Positions 38,518 through 45,999 of a stretch of 45,999 nucleotides of DNA are shown in pieces. The notes below the pieces were generated by a model. It made no database searches. It worked only from the letters and a program-made list of their open reading frames with translations, and was not told the DNA's origin. Numbering within the stretch: the first letter of the stretch is position 1; each line of letters opens with the position of its first letter. Source of the DNA: Promethearchaeota archaeon (lineage in GTDB: Archaea; Asgardarchaeota; Lokiarchaeia; Sigyniarchaeales; SOKP01); the NCBI GenBank assembly GCA_048938005.1, contig JBHLMQ010000021.1, positions 1-45,999 of the forward strand. Direction: 5' to 3'. The position numbers and the translations under genes are program-made.

Positions 38518-39048
38518 TTATTTTACAATTTCCCTTTTCTTTAGGATAGAGCGCGTCAATGTATCAAAAATCTTCTTATTATTTTCCCCACTCTTCGAAG
38601 ATGTTTCAAAAAAGTAGTCTAAATCATATTTATTTTTGAATTCTTCAGCGTGTTCATATCTTACACTTCTTCTAATGTCTGCTAAATCAAGTTTTTCTCC
38701 AACCAAAATAAATACGGGATCATCAGCGTTTTTATTAACAATAGTGTACCACTCATCCAAACTGTCAAAACTTGTACGTCTTGTTATATCATAACATAAT
38801 AAACATCCAGTTGCACCTCTAGAATAATTAGGTAAAAAAAGTCTAAACCGTTTTTCCCCAGCAAAATCCCAAATTTGTAATGTAGTATTGAAATTGTCTA
38901 TATCAACATCAATGGTAGCCAAATCAGTTCCAATCGTAATTTTTTGAGGAATAAATTGCCCTGTTGTTAATCTCTGTACCATAGTGCTCTTTCCGATACC
39001 TCCATCTCCCACAATAACGACTTTAAAGAGCATTCTTCGCTGCGACAT
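38518..39048 (-). CDS. Rab-like small GTPase
   Basis: FKVVIVGDGGIGKS, TIGTD, LQIWDFAGEKRF, YSRGA, GEKLDL, ETSSK; no C-terminal Cys. Confidence 0.93.
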   Translation of the reverse strand: MSQRRMLFKVVIVGDGGIGKSTMVQRLTTGQFIPQKITIGTDLATIDVDIDNFNTTLQIWDFAGEKRFRLFLPNYSRGATGCLLCYDITRRTSFDSLDEWYTIVNKNADDPVFILVGEKLDLADIRRSVRYEHAEEFKNKYDLDYFFETSSKSGENNKKIFDTLTRSILKKREIVK

Positions 39049-39114
39049 TATCTAGATCCTTATATTTTTTGAAAGAATATTAATAATAATATAAATTTTG
39101 ATTTTAATAAAATT

Positions 39115-39999
39115 TTATATACTTTTCAATTCTTCTCTTATTTTATTATTTACTGATTTAAGATTTTCAATTATTTTAATTTGCATATTTCTTGGTAATG
39201 GTTCGATAACCTTATTTAACTTTTCTCTATTAAAATTATTAATAGTTTTATAATTCCAAATTAAGATAGTAATGGTTAAAGTTGGCGAAATAATAAGGAA
39301 ACAATAGAAAATATAAGAAAGAAATAATATTTGTGAACCTGGAAGGATTAATTGTATTCCAATAGAATTGTGGTTTACGAGTAACAGAAAAATTACATTT
39401 AAAATGTTCAAAGCAATGAAAACCAAAAATGTGCTTATAGAAATTATTCTAAAATTTTTCAATTTTAAAAATGAAATTACGTTCCTTAAATCAGCCGAAA
39501 TTTGAGAATCATTATCTTGAGGAATTCTGCCTTTAATAGAGTTTGTTATAAGTTCTATTTTTGCATATTTCCATAAATCAATAAAAATCCAAAAAAATCC
39601 AAATGTATAGAAAAAAATAAGAATTCCTGGAAAATAGGAGTAATAACCCAAAATTATATGAGGATTATATAATGACTCTGCGCCTAACCAGAAAATCAAG
39701 ATCAACTGAAAAATTGAAGAAAAAAATAACCGATTTGCATTTTTCCTTTCAAAACCTAAAGGATTATAAATAATAAGACTTTTTTGAAATTCAGTTCTTT
39801 TTTTGTTATTACTAATAATTCTAAAAAATAGCGAAAATGTAAATGAGATCAAAGGGAATAATAATAAGAATATTGTATTCCATGCTTGACTGATGATTAA
39901 TAGAAATAGGAACATAAATAAAAATAAATCTCGTAGTAAACTTTCAGAGATTAAATCTTTTAATGACAAATAGTATTTCTTATTATTTTTTTCATTCAT
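39115..39999 (-). CDS. Hypothetical multi-pass membrane protein (about 6 TM)
   Basis: Six hydrophobic segments; no family recognised. Confidence 0.7.
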   Translation of the reverse strand: MNEKNNKKYYLSLKDLISESLLRDLFLFMFLFLLIISQAWNTIFLLLFPLISFTFSLFFRIISNNKKRTEFQKSLIIYNPLGFERKNANRLFFSSIFQLILIFWLGAESLYNPHIILGYYSYFPGILIFFYTFGFFWIFIDLWKYAKIELITNSIKGRIPQDNDSQISADLRNVISFLKLKNFRIISISTFLVFIALNILNVIFLLLVNHNSIGIQLILPGSQILFLSYIFYCFLIISPTLTITILIWNYKTINNFNREKLNKVIEPLPRNMQIKIIENLKSVNNKIREELKSI

Positions 40000-40177
40000 T
40001 TTTTTTATAAAAAAATACGTAATAAATAAATTTTTACGATTTTCATTTAAAATAATGTTATTCTCAATGTAAGCTTTTGGTGTACTTATCTTAAAGCCTA
40101 AAAATTTAAATTAAGCATACTATTTTATTCCACTATAAATCTCAAACACATTAATACTGTAAGTGTGTGTGTAAATT

Positions 40178-41275
40178 ATGAGTACTGAACCAATTGAAAT
40201 CAAAAAAACAACACTCTATAATATTCATTTAAAGCTTAATGCTCGGATGATTAGTTTTGCTGGTTATTACATGCCAGTTCAATATGAGGGTATTATAAAG
40301 GAGCATGAAGCTGTTCGCTCTAGTGCTGGAGTATTTGACATCTCACATATGGGTGAATTCCTTCTCGAAGGTAAAGATGTGATTGAATTTCTTCAATTTA
40401 TTATGATAAACGATCTAAGTTTATTAGAGCCATCTAAAGGTCAATATTCCTGTATGTGCTATAAAAACGGAACAGTTGTAGATGATTTAGTTTATTATGA
40501 GGAAAATCCAGAGCGATTTAGAATGATTGTTAATGCTATTAATATTGAAAAAGATTTCCAATGGCTTAATGATCACATAGGTAATAATGATGTAAAAATC
40601 ACAAATCTTTCTTCAAAACGCTCTCGTATTGCGTTTCAAGGACCAAAATCTGATGAATATCTTCAGCCATTAGTGGATGTTGATCTTTCTCAAATTAACC
40701 GGTTTTATTTTGCTCATTGCACCATTAAAGATTCTCCCGTTTTTCTAGCGAGAACTGGGTATACTGGTGAAAGAGGATTTGAAATATCCTTTGAAAATAA
40801 ATATGCAAAAAAAATTTGGAATGATTTAATAAATACTGGGGCAAATCCTACAGGTTTAGGAGCTAGAGATTCATTAAGATTGGAAGCATGTTATTCACTT
40901 TATGGTCATGAAATAAGTGATTCTATAACTCCTGTTGAAGCAGGCCTGAGTTGGTTGGTGAAACCAAAGGAAGGAATTAATTTCATTGGAAAAGAAGTTC
41001 TAATGAAACAAAAGATGGATGGGACAAAAAGAGTTCTAGTTGGTCTCAATTTAACAGATAAAGGTATTATTAGAGAAAATTATAAAATCTTTAAAAATGG
41101 AAATGAAATTGGATTTGTTACCTCTGGGGGGTATTCACCAACGCTTAAAAAGACAATAGGTTTAGGACTTGTGAAAAAACAATTTAAAGAAATAGGAACT
41201 GAAATTGATATCGAAATTCGCAAAAAACTCCTGAGAGGAGTAATTGTCTCGATACCATTTTACCGTAATGTGTAA
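40178..41275 (+). CDS. gcvT: Glycine cleavage system aminomethyltransferase T
   Basis: MPVQY, FDISHMGE, VDD, ARTGYTGERGFE, GLGARDSLRLEA, LYGHE. Confidence 0.96.
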   Translation: MSTEPIEIKKTTLYNIHLKLNARMISFAGYYMPVQYEGIIKEHEAVRSSAGVFDISHMGEFLLEGKDVIEFLQFIMINDLSLLEPSKGQYSCMCYKNGTVVDDLVYYEENPERFRMIVNAINIEKDFQWLNDHIGNNDVKITNLSSKRSRIAFQGPKSDEYLQPLVDVDLSQINRFYFAHCTIKDSPVFLARTGYTGERGFEISFENKYAKKIWNDLINTGANPTGLGARDSLRLEACYSLYGHEISDSITPVEAGLSWLVKPKEGINFIGKEVLMKQKMDGTKRVLVGLNLTDKGIIRENYKIFKNGNEIGFVTSGGYSPTLKKTIGLGLVKKQFKEIGTEIDIEIRKKLLRGVIVSIPFYRNV

Positions 41276-41299
41276 AAACACGCTTAAAACAAAAAAAAA

Positions 41300-41698
41300 G
41301 TGAAAATTATGGAATATGAATTTCCTAACGATTTAAAGTACACATCAACTCATGAATGGGTAAGAATTGAAGATAATGTCGCCACTATTGGAATTACTGA
41401 TTATGCACAACATCAATTAGGTGATATTGTATTTGTAGAACTTCCTGATGTTGGAATGCTGTTTGAAAAGGGAAGTAATGCAGCAGAGATTGAATCAGTA
41501 AAAGCTGTTGGTGATTTAATAATGCCATTATCAGGAGAAATTATTGGTATAAATGAAAATCTTGCTAACAATCCAGAGCTTGTTAATTCTTCTCCATTTC
41601 AAGATGGATGGATAATAAAAATTAAGTTTTCTCACCCGAGTGAAATTGACGAACTATTATCTTCTGAAAAATATCAAGAAATAATCCAAAACGAATAA
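41300..41698 (+). CDS. gcvH: Glycine cleavage system H protein
   Basis: HEW, GITDYAQHQLGDIVFVELP, IESVKAV (lipoyl Lys), PELVN.SP...GW. Confidence 0.97.
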   Translation: MKIMEYEFPNDLKYTSTHEWVRIEDNVATIGITDYAQHQLGDIVFVELPDVGMLFEKGSNAAEIESVKAVGDLIMPLSGEIIGINENLANNPELVNSSPFQDGWIIKIKFSHPSEIDELLSSEKYQEIIQNE

Positions 41699-41764
41699 TA
41701 TTAATATTTTTTTCTTTATTGTCTTAATTAATTTTTAAATTATTAAATAATTGAGTTGTTTTAA

Positions 41765-43105
41765 TTGGATTTTGTTCCCCATGATAAAAAAACTATTGCA
41801 GAAATGTTGAATGTGATTGGTGTAAATTCTTTACAAGAACTCTTTAAAGATATACCAAAAGATTTGATTGTAGAAAATCTAAAATTACCTTCTGGTATAT
41901 CTGAACCAGATCTTCTATATCATTTAAAGCAAATCTCTCAAAAAAATAAGGTATATGCAAGTTCCTTCTTAGGAGCTGGTAGTTATTATCATTATATCCC
42001 GTCTTTAGTTGATTTTGTGATCTCTAGATCAGAATTTTATACATCTTATACACCATATCAAGCTGAGGCTAGTCAGGGTTATTTACAAGCCATTTATGAA
42101 TACCAAACAATAATTTCTCGACTAACACGAATGGATGTTGCTAATGCTAGCATGTATGATGGTTCAACTGCTCTTGCTGAAGCTGCTGTTATGGCCACTA
42201 TTATTACACGTAAAAATTCCATTATATTGCTTAAAGGAATTCATCCTGAATATGAAGAAGTTGTTAGAACTTATTGTTGGGGGCAAAATATTGATATTAT
42301 AACATCGGATGAAGAAACTTTAACTAATAAATTGAACAATGAAGTAGCAGCCGTATTATTTCAAAGCCCTAATTTTTTTGGTGAGATTGAGGATATCTTA
42401 AAAATAACAAAAAATGTAAGGGAAACTTGTCCCAACTGTTTGATTATTCAGGTTATGACAGATCCAACATGTTTAGGACTTTTAAAACCTCCTGGTACGA
42501 CCGATATAGATATTTTTGTTGCTGAAGGGCAATCCTTTGGTTTAAGTCCTTCTTTTGGTGGACCAGGGTTAGGGATTTTTACAGCTAAACAGAAATATTT
42601 AAGGAAAATGCCGGGAAGACTAATTGGTAAAACAATAGAAATAGATGGCCAAAAAGAAGGTTTTATTTTAACTCTGCAAGCACGTGAACAACACATTCGC
42701 AGAGAAAAAGCAAGTTCTAATATTTGTACTAATCAAGCGTTATGTGCTTTAGCAGCACTAACATATCTTCTAGCAATGGGAAGAACTGGTCTAAAAGAAA
42801 TTGCAACTCAAAATATTCAAAAAACTTATTATGTAAAAAAAGAACTTAGTACACTTCCGGGATATGAGATATTAAATAGGAAACCAGTATATAATGAGTT
42901 TCTTGTTAAATGCCCAAATATTGACTCTCTAATTGAACAATGTAAAATCCGAAATCTTTTACCTCCTCTTAAGGTTTCTAAATATTATCCTGAAATGGTG
43001 AACATTGCCTTGGTATGTGTAACAGAAGTAAATTCGAAAGCCTCAATAGAAGCTTTTATTGAAGCAGCGAGATCTGCTTTGAATAATAAAGTGGAGGATA
43101 AATAA
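41765..43105 (+). CDS. gcvPA: Glycine dehydrogenase (decarboxylating) subunit 1
   Basis: FLGAG.Y, YTSYTPYQAEASQG, ANASMYDG, REQHIRREKASSNICTNQAL. Confidence 0.97.
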   Translation: MDFVPHDKKTIAEMLNVIGVNSLQELFKDIPKDLIVENLKLPSGISEPDLLYHLKQISQKNKVYASSFLGAGSYYHYIPSLVDFVISRSEFYTSYTPYQAEASQGYLQAIYEYQTIISRLTRMDVANASMYDGSTALAEAAVMATIITRKNSIILLKGIHPEYEEVVRTYCWGQNIDIITSDEETLTNKLNNEVAAVLFQSPNFFGEIEDILKITKNVRETCPNCLIIQVMTDPTCLGLLKPPGTTDIDIFVAEGQSFGLSPSFGGPGLGIFTAKQKYLRKMPGRLIGKTIEIDGQKEGFILTLQAREQHIRREKASSNICTNQALCALAALTYLLAMGRTGLKEIATQNIQKTYYVKKELSTLPGYEILNRKPVYNEFLVKCPNIDSLIEQCKIRNLLPPLKVSKYYPEMVNIALVCVTEVNSKASIEAFIEAARSALNNKVEDK

Positions 43106-43107
43106 TT

Positions 43108-44544
43108 GTGAACTCTAATGAACCATTGATTTTTGAAAAGGAAACTGAAAGTGAGCAAGGAAATTTTGTTCCTCAAATGGATGTTGATGCAATTGATCTC
43201 AATGAAATTATACCTAAAAATTTGCTAAGAAAAGATTTAACTATTCCGAACATTCCAGAGGTTGAATTGGTTCGTCATTTTATTAATTTAAGCAATCAAA
43301 ATTATGGAATTGATACCGGAATATATCCATTAGGCTCATGTACTATGAAATATAACCCTAAAATAAATGAAGATGTTGTTAGATTACAAAGTTTTTCCCA
43401 AATCCATCCATTACAAGAGGAAAATGAAGGTTCCCTTGAATTAATTTATCAAATTTCAAAACTCTTAGGAGAAATTACCGGTATGGTTGGTTTTACTTTA
43501 CAACCAGCGGCAGGAGCTCATGGAGAATTAGTGGGTTTATTAATGATGAAAAAATATTTCGAGAGTAAAGGTATTAATAAGCAGAAAATTATTATTCCAG
43601 ATTCTTCTCATGGAACTAATCCCGCATCAGCAAAGATGGCAGGATTTTCAATCATAGAATTAATATCAAATGAACATGGAGAAGTTCCTTTAGATCAATT
43701 AGAATTCGCAATGCAGGAAGGTGATGTTGCGGGAATAATGCTCACCAATCCCAATACTTTAGGAGTTTTTGATAGGCAGATAAAAGATATAACGCGTATT
43801 GTACATGATAATGAAGGGCTATGTTATTATGATGGGGCAAATCTAAACCCAATGTTAGGGATATGCCGTCCTCGGGATATGGGTTTCGATATTGTTCATT
43901 TGAATTTACATAAAACTTTTTCAACTCCACATGGTGGAGGAGGTCCAGGATCGGGACCTATAGGGGTTGTAGATGAATTAATTCCTTTCCTTCCTGAACC
44001 CTGCTTAATATCAACAGAACATGGAATAGTATGTAGAGAAAAAAATGATAAATCAATTGGTAGAATTAAAGCATTTTGGGGAAATTTTGGAGTAATTGTA
44101 AGAGCCTATACTTATATCTTGGCCTTAGGTGCTGAGGGTCTAAAGAAAGTTGGTCAGATTGCTGTTTTAAATGCAAATTATTTAAGAATTCGGTTACAAA
44201 AAAATTACAATCTTCCCTACAACCGTATTTGCCAACATGAATTTGTACTATCAGATAAAGGTATACCACATGAAGTTACAACAGAGGATATTGCCAAACG
44301 TATTCTCGATTATGGAATATATGCGCCCACAATTTATTTTCCATTAATAGTTTCTGGGGCATTAATGATAGAACCAACTGAAACCGAATCAAAACAATCT
44401 TTAGATTACTTTGTGGAGGTAATGAATAAAATTTATGAAGAAGCAGAATCTAATCCTGATCTCTTAAAAACTGCTCCTCATCATACTCCGGTTAAACGTC
44501 TTGATGCCGTACTTGCTGCAAGAAAACCTATTTTACATGATTAA
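43108..44544 (+). CDS. gcvPB: Glycine dehydrogenase (decarboxylating) subunit 2
   Basis: YPLGSCTMKYNP, QPAAGAHGE, HGTNPAS, HLNLHKTFSTPHGGGGPG (PLP Lys), IEPTETE. Confidence 0.97.
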   Translation: MNSNEPLIFEKETESEQGNFVPQMDVDAIDLNEIIPKNLLRKDLTIPNIPEVELVRHFINLSNQNYGIDTGIYPLGSCTMKYNPKINEDVVRLQSFSQIHPLQEENEGSLELIYQISKLLGEITGMVGFTLQPAAGAHGELVGLLMMKKYFESKGINKQKIIIPDSSHGTNPASAKMAGFSIIELISNEHGEVPLDQLEFAMQEGDVAGIMLTNPNTLGVFDRQIKDITRIVHDNEGLCYYDGANLNPMLGICRPRDMGFDIVHLNLHKTFSTPHGGGGPGSGPIGVVDELIPFLPEPCLISTEHGIVCREKNDKSIGRIKAFWGNFGVIVRAYTYILALGAEGLKKVGQIAVLNANYLRIRLQKNYNLPYNRICQHEFVLSDKGIPHEVTTEDIAKRILDYGIYAPTIYFPLIVSGALMIEPTETESKQSLDYFVEVMNKIYEEAESNPDLLKTAPHHTPVKRLDAVLAARKPILHD

Positions 44545-44572
44545 TTTCGTAAGTTAACATAACATAATGAAC

Positions 44573-45406
44573 CTAATCTGTCCAGAAATTTTTAGCTAAG
44601 CTTCTTCTCCGTTCCCAGAGCTCATTTTTTCGAGAGAAGCCTATTATTCCAGCACCTTTATCCGCATCCTTTACTTGCCACATTCCACTAACTGCTCCCG
44701 TTAGCGCACCTGATAAAACTTCAAAACCCTGTGCTGTATAAAGATCGCACTCAACACCTCTATTTATTATAAATTTTAGTTGTCTCATACCTTGTTGATT
44801 TTTGGATTTGAGTACCTCAAGCAATTTCTCTAACTCATTTTCAAGTTGATCGTTTGGAACTACACGATTCCATAAATTCCATTCTACTGCTCGATGTGCA
44901 TTGTGAAGTGCACCTATTAAATTGATTTCCTTAGCTCTTCGTCTTCCAATAAGACGTGATAATCTAGTTGTTCCACCCCATCCTGGTGTTATTCCTACAT
45001 CCACTTCTGGCATTCCCCATTTAGCTCTTTCTGTTGCGATGACAAAATCACATACCATTGTAATCTCTAATCCACCCCCAACCGCGAAGCCATCTACCGC
45101 CGCAATCGTAATTTTATCTAACTCTTCAATTTGGTTTGCCATATTTTGATAATATCTCACACGCCGTGTTATTCCATTTGCATCTCCCCAATTTAGCATT
45201 TCATTGATATCATCACCTACGCTAAAATTATTTCCAGCACCCTTAATTACTAAAAATTTCAATTTTGTAGATTGGCGTACTATTTCTGTAGCTGCAACAA
45301 TTTCATCAGAGAGTTGCATACTTAAGGCATTTAAAACTTTTGGGCGGTTAAGGGTGATTCTTGCTACTTGATCCTTCTCTTCGTAAATTAATTGTTCAAA
45401 ATTCAT
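44573..45406 (-). CDS. Enoyl-CoA hydratase/isomerase (crotonase) family protein
   Basis: ITLNRPKVLNAL, FSVGDD, AVGGGLE, GMPEVDVGITPGWGGT (both catalytic Glu present). Confidence 0.9.
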   Translation of the reverse strand: MNFEQLIYEEKDQVARITLNRPKVLNALSMQLSDEIVAATEIVRQSTKLKFLVIKGAGNNFSVGDDINEMLNWGDANGITRRVRYYQNMANQIEELDKITIAAVDGFAVGGGLEITMVCDFVIATERAKWGMPEVDVGITPGWGGTTRLSRLIGRRRAKEINLIGALHNAHRAVEWNLWNRVVPNDQLENELEKLLEVLKSKNQQGMRQLKFIINRGVECDLYTAQGFEVLSGALTGAVSGMWQVKDADKGAGIIGFSRKNELWERRRSLAKNFWTD

Positions 45407-45598
45407 AAAAGTTAATTGAACAAATTACTATATAAATGTTATTTAAACTATACTTTAATTATACGGATAATGAATGAATTTCCATAATATATCCCATTAT
45501 GGTTATTTTTATTACAGAATAAGTAAATTTTTATAGTCTATGGCAATATAAATTTTAGAATAGTATGAAATAGTTAAATTAGATATTGGTGTACAAAA

Positions 45599-45999
45599 AT
45601 AAATTATTTATCTTTTTTTCCTTACGACCAGTTCAGAGAAAATCAAGAAAATATTACCAAGCAAATTGAAGAAAGCTCGAGATTAAAGAAAATTACATTA
45701 TTATTAGCTCCTAACGGAACAGGAAAAACTATTATTGCCTTATGTAGCTTACTTCCTTTAGCATTTGAAAAGGATCTAAAAATTATCTATATGTGCCGAA
45801 CACACTCTCAAAATCGTAGAATAATCAAAGAATTGATAAAAATCTCCCAAAAAATAACTAATGACAATCTTGGAGTTAAACTTAATGGCCTTTCGATAAG
45901 AGGTAGAAACGAGATGTGCCTAAATAAAACGCTATTATCTCTCAAGTTAAGTCCAAGAGAAGCAATGTCAGTTTGCTGGGATTTGAGGAAAAATAGGAA
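45599..45999 (+). CDS. XPD/Rad3/DinG-family Fe-S DNA helicase, N-terminal part (runs off window; not in ORF track)
   Basis: Hand translation INYLSFFPYDQFRENQ (Q motif)...APNGTGKT (Walker A)...YMCRTHSQ (motif Ia)...RGRNEMC...VC (Fe-S Cys); start codon uncertain, ATA proposed. Confidence 0.88.
   Translation, partial: MNYLSFFPYDQFRENQENITKQIEESSRLKKITLLLAPNGTGKTIIALCSLLPLAFEKDLKIIYMCRTHSQNRRIIKELIKISQKITNDNLGVKLNGLSIRGRNEMCLNKTLLSLKLSPREAMSVCWDLRKNR

Noticed and set aside
4232-40176. AGTGTGTGT(GT)AAATT at about 4232 and 40162
   Set aside because: First copy lies inside the zinc-finger coding sequence; low-complexity match, likely coincidence
40000-40177. Glycine riboswitch upstream of gcvT
   Set aside because: No GGAGA/CCGAAG/CTCTCAGG-type aptamer elements; only a weak ACACA/TGTGT stem near the start
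1032-45149. Short overlapping ORFs in the track (1032, 2130, 10343, 10493, 13902, 14962, 18485, 22308, 26126, 32966, 33800, 35297, 37602, 37853, 42448, 42985, 43742, 44066, 44922)
   Set aside because: All lie antisense to or out of frame within well-supported genes and show no recognisable motifs; treated as shadow ORFs
1-45999. CRISPR array, tRNA/rRNA genes, transposases, integrases, defence systems
   Set aside because: No regularly spaced repeats, no GC-rich structured RNA islands and no recombinase or nuclease-effector motifs seen by eye; a covariance-model scan was not run

Overview
AT-rich, gene-dense archaeal chromosomal segment, most likely from an Asgard archaeon of the Lokiarchaeia type (inferred from gene content). 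It combines H4MPT/F420 C1 genes (ftr, mtd, mch, an FrhB-family protein), an archaeal GlyRS, RecJ/GAN, a beta-CASP nuclease and an XPD-type helicase with eukaryotic-signature proteins (RagA-like GTPase-roadblock fusion, Rab-like GTPase, metazoan-like presenilin, TPR and LRR proteins, a stand-alone 7TM protein). It also holds a purine salvage cluster with two head-to-head MTA phosphorylases, a gcvT-H-PA-PB operon and two large membrane-anchored surface proteins. No rRNA, tRNA, CRISPR array or mobile element was recognised. Most notable: a divergent presenilin/archaemetzincin protease pair, two genes that appear to start at ATA/ATT in a genome rich in TTG/GTG starts, an MTAP with a zinc-ribbon insertion, an internally deleted FrhB-like protein behind a perfect 22-bp palindrome, and two small proteins absent from the ORF track. 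All family assignments are from motif recognition by eye; no database search was run.
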